The notes beneath the pieces were generated by a model. That model saw only the letters and a list, made by a program, of their open reading frames with translations. It was not told where the DNA came from and ran no database searches. From Piedraia hortae CBS 480.64 (Eukaryota): 20,000 bases of DNA. Where the stretch lies: positions 301,502-321,501 of the forward strand of contig MU005969.1 of assembly GCA_010093745.1 (NCBI GenBank), given 5' to 3'. Positions 9,290 through 17,949 of this stretch are shown here, in pieces (the stretch's first letter is position 1; every line of letters begins with the position of its first letter). The translations under genes and the position numbers were made by a program.

Positions 9290-10720
9290 AGGTTCCCGAC
9301 CAGACATGATTTGGTCGGACAAGTCAGAGAATAAAGGCAGAACGATTTCGTTATTGGGAGTCTACATTATTTTGTCTGGACCTGCAATGTCATGGAATTC
9401 TTGTACTGTAGATTCGACGGCATCTCAAAGCGAGCAGCCTGGTTTGCGTGGAAACCAGGCCATTCTGGGGTAAAGGAACCGTTGCGGGGTTCTCACTATT
9501 CAGCAGGTTGGAGCCCATCCTACTGGCCTGAACTATCAAGCCTTTTCTCGTCTACGAGCCTTCTTTTTGCCGTCAGGTAGCCGTTTGCGGCGTAATTTTG
9601 GCCCACCATCAACGACCGAGTTGTGGCAGATGACCCCAAACGTCCCAACGAATTAGAACGTTTCGTTAGGGGTTTCCCTTTTGCAGTAAACAGTAACGGA
9701 CTAGAGGCTGACCAATGAGGTGGCAAAATCATACACCAATCACGATGGACATATTTGAAAGCATTCTTCACTGTGATCCCACCAACCGGGCGCTCTCGAC
9801 GGCAGCTAGCGCTGTGGCACAAACGGATATGGATACCGAGCCGGTCGAATGCCTACATACGTATGTAAGTAATCAATCAATCATGCTCGACCGAAATAGA
9901 ACTCAAAAAGACGGCTGCAACCTGGCGCGTGAGTGACCTAGGCCTCACGCACATCCAGACACATATCCAAGAAGCACCTGGGAGGAAGTCGATGCGTTGG
10001 CTATTGTAATGACAGATATACAGGGTGGCTTAGGCGGTGTCCGCATACTGCTTGGTGGTACGCGCAAACATGTTGATGACCGCCATAACAAGGGGAGTGA
10101 TGAGTCAGTGGACCAAATTTCGGGTCGTACATGAAGCATGCAGGCGCAAGAGAACGAATTCGGGATGAGGCAATGTGTATATCGTGATACTATGTTTAGT
10201 CATGGTGGACCGCAGCCTCGTATCTACTAGTTGAAAAGTGGATGGCAGTCGCCAGTAGAAACGACGAGGACGGTCAATATGTTTATTCCAGCCACTGGCC
10301 CCGGAAACTCGAGGCCCCGCACCCCCACTTGCCGCCTCCGCATGTTCTCCGCTTCCCCGCACGTTATTGTTCCGCTAAAGTATGTGGCGGGAGCAGGGAT
10401 GTACCCCAGTCGCGTCACACCGTCTTTTGCCATGGCCGAAGCGATCTGGGGATTCTCGGTCGACGTGATGATCACCGTGGATCACGGTTGACATGATTGG
10501 CAGATTAGGATGTTGGACATGGCGAGCGTCTTAGACACCTTAGACTTCGTGGCCTACTAGACAAAATGTGGGCAGCTCCATCGGAGAGTCTTGCACGCCA
10601 CCCGCCACCGACTTCCTGCCGGATTCCCTACTGCCTGCAGCAGGGATCCTCGCCGTCCCGGTGATCCATTTGATTGACCACGTCGACTCTTTTTACCCAG
10701 ACCACATTTCTCTTCCCTCA

Positions 10721-11812
10721 ATGTCCCATCGTAAGCGTAACTCGCTATTTTCCAAGCCGCTGCGGTCGTCGCTGTTCCGCCGCGAGGACGTCGCCGCTGA
10801 AGTTGCCTCGATGCCGTCGTCGCCGTCGCCGTCGCCGTCGCTCAGCGTCGTGCGCAAAGACTCGATATCGCTGCCATTCAACTTTGAGCACATCTCGCAT
10901 ACGGAGCGCTTCAATCTACCGCTGCTGGGTTCCGTGCGTGGCCGAGTGCTGACTGAGGCCTTCTTCGCCGCATCGATGCGGCCGCGGCCGCGCAAGCCGC
11001 TGGCCGGCATGCGCGTTGACGACGTGCCCGAAAAGCTGTCGGCCATGGGTGTTGCAAGGGGCGCGTCCAGATCCCACCCCGAGTCAGCCGCTACCGCCAC
11101 ATATCCTCCTGTCTCACTGCCCGTATGGCTTGACTCGCGGTCCGACCTCCCGCTGCAGCCGCCGCCTAAGGCCGACAAAGACAAAAGCTGTAGCTCGTCG
11201 CTGCTCGCTTCAACCATAATATACACCAGCCCACTCAAATCTCCTGCCATGTCGGATAGCTGGCAATCTGACTGGCCTATTGATTGGGAGCACGACGTGG
11301 ACTACTGCTATGCCCAGGAGGCCGAGAGCACCTGCGACTTCGACTGGTCGCGGCCCGAAAAGCAGCCGTCACGGACACCTTCCGTCTCATCGCAGAACCA
11401 CGCACCCCTTGGCCACGCTGGTGTCCTCGCTACCAGAGGAGCGCCGGGCCCAACCCCCTACGATATTTCTTCAGCTTCGCTTTCCATTCCCGTCGCCTCT
11501 AAACCCGTTTTCACTCCGCCCAACTACGGTGCTACAAGTTTCGCGACGTCGGCTCAGCGAGAGATCGAAGCGCCAGCAGCAGCGGCGATAACAGCCACCG
11601 ACGGAGTCGACGCATCGCCGGAAACCAGCAGCTCGTCACGGCGTATTAGCAAGTCGTCACTGCGGAACATGCTGTCAAGATCGCCTGAGGCGTCACGCGA
11701 CAGTTATCAGGAGCGGCCCCGGAGGTCGTCGACGGCGGCACCGCGCTTTTTGCGGTCTAAACGGCGTCAGCAACAACAGCAACAAGCGCGAACGGAGCCG
11801 GCGTGGTTCTAA
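10721..11812 (+). CDS. CRIB/PBD-motif protein, low complexity (about 363 aa), candidate Cdc42/Rac-binding protein
   Basis: ISLPFNFEHISHT matches the CRIB consensus ISxPxxFxHxxH. Also has an acidic/aromatic block WEHDVDYCYAQEAESTCDFDW that I recall from uncharacterised Pezizomycotina CRIB proteins. First in-frame ATG is 10721; the track's 10568 start is GTG. Confidence 0.75.
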   Translation: MSHRKRNSLFSKPLRSSLFRREDVAAEVASMPSSPSPSPSLSVVRKDSISLPFNFEHISHTERFNLPLLGSVRGRVLTEAFFAASMRPRPRKPLAGMRVDDVPEKLSAMGVARGASRSHPESAATATYPPVSLPVWLDSRSDLPLQPPPKADKDKSCSSSLLASTIIYTSPLKSPAMSDSWQSDWPIDWEHDVDYCYAQEAESTCDFDWSRPEKQPSRTPSVSSQNHAPLGHAGVLATRGAPGPTPYDISSASLSIPVASKPVFTPPNYGATSFATSAQREIEAPAAAAITATDGVDASPETSSSSRRISKSSLRNMLSRSPEASRDSYQERPRRSSTAAPRFLRSKRRQQQQQQARTEPAWF

Positions 11813-11930
11813 TGTTAATAAGTTGTACATAGCAGACGGTAATCATCAGAGCAGCTGCAAATAGCGGCGGCGGTCAAAGAAGGCTGCCTCAGGGGCCAAC
11901 GGTACACCAAATTTAGACGATCCATCATCC

Positions 11931-11970
11931 CGTTCCCGTCGTTCCCGTCGTGCCCGTCGTTCCCGTCGTT
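11931..11970 (+). repeat. 9-bp tandem repeat (CCCGTCGTT)x4 plus partial unit
   Basis: Units at 11935, 11944 (ends in G), 11953 and 11962, preceded by CGTT. Confidence 0.9.
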
Positions 11971-12065
11971 CTGTAGTTCTATTCTGGGACTTTGACAGCG
12001 CCGGAAGCGGCCTAGCGTCTCTTGGAGCCGCACGTGGAAGCTCCGGGCCCAGAACGAAGGACAAG

Positions 12066-14032
12066 ATGTCGCTGTTGGACCAGGGCTGGATCAAGGTGCA
12101 GGCCAAAACGTTTACGAAATGGTGAGTTGGCCCAGAAAGAGAGAAAGAGGCACAACCGATGCTGACGCCCATAGGCTCAACAACAAACTGGCCGCCCGCG
12201 ACCGCCAGATCAACGACATTGTCACCGACCTCTCCGACGGCGTCGAGCTGATACATCTGTTGGAGATTCTGTCACAGGAGTCTTTGGGTCGGTATGCGTC
12301 GCGGCCGAAGCTGCGGGTGCAGCGGTTCGAAAACGTCAACATTGCACTGGACTTTATAAAAAGCCGGCGCATTCAACTGACCAACATTGGCGCCGAGGAC
12401 ATTGTCGACGGTAACCGCAAAATCATCCTGGGCCTCGTTTGGACGCTCATTCTGCGCTTCACCATCAGCGACATCAACGACCAGGGGCTTAGTGCGCGTG
12501 AGGGTCTCCTTCTCTGGTGCCAGCGCAAGACGGCCTGCTACGATGACGTTGACGTGAGAGACTTTTCGGCCAGCTGGAACGATGGCCTCGCCTTTTGTGC
12601 CCTGCTGGACATCCACCGGCCGGATCTCATAGACTTTGACGAGCTGGACAAGTCGGACCACCGCGGCAACATGCGCCGCGCCTTTGATATTGCTTCGCGC
12701 GAAATTGGCATCCCCGACCTGCTAGATGTCGAGGATGTCTGCGACGTGGCCAAGCCGGATGAGAGGTCACTCATGACGTACATTGCCTACTGGTTCCACG
12801 CCTTCTCGCAAATGGAGCGCGTGGAGAACGCGGGTAGACGGGTCGAGAAGTTTGTGTGCACCATGCAGGGCGCGTGGGACATGCAGAACGACTACGAGCG
12901 GCGCATGCGGGCGCTGCTGGCCAAGGTCGATGCCCAACGCAAGGCGTGGGAGGCTGCCACCTTTGACGGCACCTATGCTGATGCAAAGGAACAGGCCCGT
13001 GCCCTGACGGCCTACAAACAAGGCGAAAAGCGGAGCTGGGTGGGTGAGAAGAGCGAACTGGCCAGTTTACTGGGCAATATCAAAACGAAGCTGAACACGT
13101 ACCGTCTACGACCCTACGAGCCACCAGATGAGCTCCGTCCCGAGGCGTTGGATGCCGCCTGGAACGGGCTCATGTCTTCTGAACGCGACCGGAGTCAGCA
13201 GATCAATACGCAGATGCGGGAGATCAAGCAGGCTCTCCAACGCGGCTTCGCAGACAAGGCCAACGACTGCGCTCTGGCATTGAAAACCATTGGGCTCAGC
13301 ATCTCCGGGCTGGAAGGCGACGTTGAAGACCAGCTCGACCACACAAATCGCATCGCGCGCAGTGTGCCGCCAGTGGAAAAGTACCTGGAGCTTCTCCAAG
13401 ACCTGGACACTCGGTGTCGCGAAGCCAACATTGAAGAAAACGACTTCACCACTTACACTTACGACGAGCTGGTCTACGAGCTCTCGTTGGTCAAAACGTC
13501 TGTGCAAAAGAAGCTTGCCTTTCTAGAAAACCAGATCGTTGCCCGGAACATGACGAACCTGACGCCGGTACAGCTGGAAGAATTTGAAAGCGTCTTTCGC
13601 CACTTCGACCGCGACGGTTCCAATTCGCTGCAGGAGCTCGAATTTTCCGCTGCCGTGGCCAGTCTAGGGCTTGTCTACGACGAAGAGGAGATGCATTCGA
13701 CCTTCATGGCCGTCGCGGGGGCGGGGACAACATCCGCCACCTCTTCATCACCACCGAGCGTGACGTTTGAACAGTTTATCCATTTCATGGTCGGTGTTAC
13801 GGCCGACCAGCACACGGCCGAGCAGGTCTTCGAGTCCTTCCGAGAAGTAGCTGATGGAAAGCCATATGTTACGGAGCTGGACCTCACGCACTCGCTCATT
13901 CCGGAGGACGTGGTCAAGATGCTCGTTGAGAGCATGCCAAAGCACGAGGGTCCCGTTCAGGTCAAAGATGACAGAGAACTGGACAAGTTTGACTATAGCA
14001 GGTTCATGCAGGGTTTCATGCAAAACACGTGA
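12066..14032 (+). CDS. ain1: Alpha-actinin (fungal Ain1-like; two CH domains, short spectrin rod, EF-hands), 637 aa; exons 12066..12121 and 12175..14032
   Basis: Spliced N-terminus MSLLDQGWIKVQAKTFTKWLNNKL (actinin KTFTKW signature). Also NIGAEDIVDGNRKIILGLVWTLILRF, LLLWCQRKT, KPDERSLMTYIAYWFHAF, EF loop DRDGSNSLQELE and C-terminal FDYSRF. Confidence 0.96.
12122..12174 (+). other. Intron of alpha-actinin (53 nt, phase 2)
   Basis: GTGAGT donor, GCTGAC branch at 12161-12166, TAG acceptor; splits the Trp codon of KTFTKW. Confidence 0.95.
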
Positions 14033-15143
14033 TGCTATATCACTGCCTCTGACTGCAAGGACTGGCTTTTTCTTGTTTCTTTTTCCTTTTCCTTTTTTTG
14101 TTTCTTCAGTTGCGTTGAGCGTGGGTATGAAACGATAACATTCTAGACAACAGTGGGATGAACCGGACTGGAACTGGAAAGGATGGGATAGACTTGTACG
14201 TTGCTTTTAATTTAGTCATTAATCCATTTCTTCATCAGCTGCCGTTATGCATTTGGAGCGGCGATTGTGGAAAGACAGCCACGCTGTGCTCAGGTGGGAA
14301 GTCCTAAAATGTGTGCAGATCGATACCTATGCCGAGTCGAACAAGAATGTCATGACAGTACTGTCATCATGAGGTTAAACGACATAGGCATATCATACAA
14401 CACCTATGTCTTTTAGCCTTCTACAAGTCTAGCCTCGGCCTAATCAACACTTTTCATTGGGGTGAGCAACTCGCTCATCTCAGCTTTGATTTCTTTCCCG
14501 CGCTTCCTGGGAGGATCCATCGTGGCAGACTGTTGGCTGGCCGACTGTTGTATGATATTTGGAATTGTTTTCGGTAAAGGTATTGCTTGTATATAAACTT
14601 TGCTGTTCATCAGAAGTTAAATAATGACTTCGACCCACTCTCGGTATGAAAACTACTTTCCACTTACGATTTTGCATCAGTATCCCATCATTCGTCACGG
14701 CGTCCTTCACTTGCTCTTTGCGTGACTTTGGCATGGTTCCTTTGACACCGTTCCGCAATAAATGTTACCTCGCTACACATCTGAGTAATCTGATGCGTGA
14801 CTTTCGCGTTGACAGATGCTTGATTGATAGCTAGGCATGTGAAACACAGGGGGAGGAGGGGGGGGGGCCGCTATCTTGGTCTCATGTTGCAATGTAGGCG
14901 TGAGCATTGATTTGTATCCGCCAAGAATTGCTCGTTATGCTTTCACTGTCACTCCATCCTTCCAGTCTACGGACCGTGACGCTCCAAGGTGACTATATCG
15001 AAATGACGTACTGTACCCCCACATCCAGTTAAATAGTCCCTTTCACCGTCTTCCCCGACAACAACTCGCCAGCAGCCTTCCCCCACGACATCGGTTTCAT
15101 GCACATCATCGTAGCGTCCAACCACAATTCTCAGCAAGGTGCT

Positions 15144-16067
15144 TCATCTAAGCACAACTGCAAAATTGTTTCTCCCACCCCCTTCCCTGAGCACCTCTTT
15201 TAACCAAACTCTCCCGTCTCCGGGACCAACTAGCTCCCAAAGGTAATAAACCAACTTCCCCACCTTCCTCTCCCTAAGCGCAAATCCCAGCGAACGCATG
15301 ATCTCTTCTAGTCGTTCCTCGGTCAGATACCTCGAATTGAGCACACAAGGAGCGGGGAGGACGAGGAAGAGGAGTCCGTTACTCGGAGCGCCCGAAGCGT
15401 CCCTACTCCGCGAAGCATCCACGTTCCCCTCCCACCCACGTCTCAAGAACCTCGAAACGCGCCTCAACATTTCACCTCTCTGTCCAGGTTCGGGCACGAA
15501 GTTCAGGACTAGCGAAAGCGAGAGGATATCATATGGAGTTTCGGGTACAGGGAGGAGCATAAAATCCGCCTTTTCGATTCCCGGGACGGGCGGGCGGAGG
15601 TCGATACGTGTCATTTCAAACTTCCCCGACCGGGAACATGCGTTGTTGGTTGATAGGGATCCGATTTCTAGCATCCGTGGGTTTTGGCCCGATTCTTTGA
15701 TGTTTAGAGGAGGTCTAGCTTCGCTGCGTGAAGGCGATAAAGGAGTATTGGTTTGGGGGACGTGGTTTTCGTTCTTGAAAAGCCATTCGATGAGGATGCG
15801 GGAAGAGTCGCCCCCTCGGTCGACGGCCTGGCCTTGGCTAGATGCGGCTTGATACGATTCTATCCCGCCCAGGTCGGCGAGCTTGGTTCGCAGGAGTACC
15901 ACTTCGCGGGTGTTATTGTTTCTTTCGGCGAAGGAGAGCTTTTTGGCTAGCGTGTGGTGAGTCCGAATTAGGTGGCGGGAGGATTTTTGAGTTAGTGCTC
16001 GAGGGTTGGAGGTCAGGAGAGGTGGACGACCGGCCGATAGGGGTTTCCTCTTGGTAGACTTCAGCAT
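15144..16067 (-). CDS. BMT2: 25S rRNA adenine-N1 methyltransferase Bmt2 (307 aa)
   Basis: LIRTHHTL, LGGIESYQAASSQGQAVDRGGDSSRILIEWL, SAM motif MLEIGSLS, ILSLSLVLNFVP..RGEML, LVLPAPCVLNSRY and terminal RNNFAVVL. First ATG at 16067. Confidence 0.92.
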   Translation of the reverse strand: MLKSTKRKPLSAGRPPLLTSNPRALTQKSSRHLIRTHHTLAKKLSFAERNNNTREVVLLRTKLADLGGIESYQAASSQGQAVDRGGDSSRILIEWLFKNENHVPQTNTPLSPSRSEARPPLNIKESGQNPRMLEIGSLSTNNACSRSGKFEMTRIDLRPPVPGIEKADFMLLPVPETPYDILSLSLVLNFVPEPGQRGEMLRRVSRFLRRGWEGNVDASRSRDASGAPSNGLLFLVLPAPCVLNSRYLTEERLEEIMRSLGFALRERKVGKLVYYLWELVGPGDGRVWLKEVLREGGGRNNFAVVLR

Positions 16068-16319
16068 TGTTGGGTTTTGTTCTAATAAGCAGCGGCACCT
16101 CACAGGTGTGTCCGTATATACGTGTATCTAGAGCTACACAAGAAAATCTCCGAGTATCCGAACCCTGGTTAGGGATGTGGGTCATCACGTGTGGATCGCT
16201 CCGCGGCGACCTGCACAATAGGTTTGATGCTTTTGGGGATAATTGCATTCTAGGTATGATACCTGCCTAGCATGTAGGTGTAGGTTCTATTCCTAACCCT
16301 AGAAGCATGCGGATGCCCG

Positions 16320-16354
16320 CGTATACATATCTCATCGTATACATATCTCATCGT
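16320..16354 (+). repeat. Perfect 16-bp tandem duplication (CGTATACATATCTCAT)x2 + CGT in the divergent BMT2/SDR promoter
   Basis: Units at 16320-16335 and 16336-16351, read directly from the sequence. Confidence 0.92.
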
Positions 16355-16473
16355 TTGGCTTGTGATGGTGAACGGCCTATCGCGCAGCTCGTCCCCGGCA
16401 CCGATGATGTCACTGAGGGGCACGATATCAACGACCCCGCATCGCCTCCAACAGCCCCTGCGCAATCACGACA

Positions 16474-17244
16474 ATGGTCAAGATCATCCTGTTTGGTGCG
16501 ACGGGCAAGGTAGGCGGAGAGATTCTGGACCGATGCATTGCGAATTATTACGTATCCCGCATCATCTGCCTCACACGGCGGCCGCTGGATCAAAAGTACG
16601 TCCGGGACCCTCAGGCGCGGGCCAAGGTGCACGAGATCATCCACACAGACTTTAACGAATACCCAGAGGAGCTGCTGCAACGTCTCAAGGCCGAGGGCGC
16701 GGAATGCTGCATCTGGGCGCTTGCGACCAAAATCGATATGAACAACTACAAGAAGCTGGAAGATGCGCAGGAGGTCGGCATCCGCTACCCCGTCGCGGCC
16801 GCCGAGGCGTTTTCCAAGACACTCGCCACAGCGCTGAGCCCGCAGGACATGCCCAAGAAGAAGTTTCCGTTCCGCTTTGTGTTCATCTCCAGCTGGGGCG
16901 CGGAGCAGGACCAGTTCCGGCCACTGTGGGTGTGGAACGACTCGCGCAAAATCAAGGGCGCTGCAGAGAAGGCGCTCTTTGAGATTGCAGATGGCAGCCT
17001 TCTCATCCAGGGACATCGCTGTTTTGAGGTCATCGCCATGAGGCCCGGCCAGATCATTCCCGGCGGTACCGCCCTCAGCACGCTCATCTGGGAGGCGACG
17101 GTTCCCTCGTGTGCTGTTGATCAGCTGGCAAAAACGGCGCTCAAGACGGCCATGATGGGCACAATGCGGGAGAGGGAGCGGATCATGGAGAACGGGGCCT
17201 GTTTGGGTGACGATTGGGCCATGATTAATTCGTTGAATATCTGA
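16474..17244 (+). CDS. NAD(P)-binding Rossmann-fold protein, atypical SDR (TIP30/epimerase-like), 256 aa
   Basis: N-terminal KIILFGATGKVGGEIL (GxxGxxG), LTRRPL, HTDF, CIWAL, FRFVFISSWGA, KGAAE and MRPG, the pattern of fungal NAD_binding_10-type proteins. Substrate unknown. Confidence 0.88.
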   Translation: MVKIILFGATGKVGGEILDRCIANYYVSRIICLTRRPLDQKYVRDPQARAKVHEIIHTDFNEYPEELLQRLKAEGAECCIWALATKIDMNNYKKLEDAQEVGIRYPVAAAEAFSKTLATALSPQDMPKKKFPFRFVFISSWGAEQDQFRPLWVWNDSRKIKGAAEKALFEIADGSLLIQGHRCFEVIAMRPGQIIPGGTALSTLIWEATVPSCAVDQLAKTALKTAMMGTMRERERIMENGACLGDDWAMINSLNI

Positions 17245-17353
17245 CCAAGTGTATAGGCCAGGTATATAGATAGGAAACACAGTTTGCGGCTGTGCACCCA
17301 AAAGGTTGTGGTGGGGCCCTATCAATGTAGATACAGCACATATACCCTGACAA

Positions 17354-17941
17354 ATGTCTCCGGCGCAGACGTGCTCTCTTGCCCTTCACTCGGATCGCTC
17401 CAGCCTGCAGGCGACGCTCTCGGCGCTGCTGCACGTGATCTTCTTCCATCGCGTCATGGCTCCGCTGCGCCCCGTCCACCATCATGTCCTGGACCTCATC
17501 ACACTGCCACGCGTGCCCGATGAGGCGATTGAGAGGACGATTAGCGGAAAATCCGCAGAACTGTTTGGCCATTTGGCGGGAAACAGCATGTCGGCTAAGA
17601 CGACTGTCATCCTACAGTTCCTTGACGATTCGAGAGCCTCGTCTGCGGCCCCTCTGCAGAAACGCTCCCGCGGCGGTTGGTTCAGCTCTCCGCAGCAAGA
17701 CACCCACCCCACAGCTGAGATCGAGCCCGAAGTGTGGGAGAGCTGGGCCATTGACATCTCGCTCCTGCCAGCAGCGAGGGACGAAGGGGACAAGCACAGA
17801 GTGCGAAAAGCTATGGAAGACAGTCTCATCAATGCCGCGTTGCAGGTTGGGGAGTTTGCAGGAACCGCAAGACCTCCGCCGGGACATTCAGCCGAGGGAA
17901 TGAGGGGGTATCGAATCTTGGTTTACCCAAGGGTAATCTAG
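17354..17941 (+). CDS. ATG101: Autophagy-related protein 101 (HORMA domain), 195 aa
   Basis: LLHVIFFHR, VLDLITLP, VILQF, WF finger (KRSRGGWF), EVWESWAIDI and VRKAMEDSL match the Atg101/DUF1649 pattern. Confidence 0.85.
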   Translation: MSPAQTCSLALHSDRSSLQATLSALLHVIFFHRVMAPLRPVHHHVLDLITLPRVPDEAIERTISGKSAELFGHLAGNSMSAKTTVILQFLDDSRASSAAPLQKRSRGGWFSSPQQDTHPTAEIEPEVWESWAIDISLLPAARDEGDKHRVRKAMEDSLINAALQVGEFAGTARPPPGHSAEGMRGYRILVYPRVI

Positions 17942-17949
17942 AATCTTAC

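Noticed and set aside
9633..9673. Imperfect hairpin (CCCAACGAA...TTCGTTAGGG)
   Set aside because: Short and imperfect; no tRNA or snoRNA box architecture recognisable.
10105..10496. Several overlapping 82-86 aa ORFs upstream of the CRIB gene
   Set aside because: Expected in GC-rich sequence; no motifs and no splice model linking them to the CRIB ORF.
12119..12174. ORF-track N-terminus of actinin (MVSWPRKRERG...)
   Set aside because: It reads through the intron; the true start is 12066, which restores KTFTKW.
14480..14758. 92-aa minus-strand ORF in the actinin-BMT2 spacer
   Set aside because: Non-ATG track start and no recognisable homology or motif; not supportable without expression data.
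16348..17325. 325-aa antisense ORF over the SDR gene (and similar shadow ORFs over other genes)
   Set aside because: Antisense shadow of a GC3-rich coding sequence; no recognisable domain.
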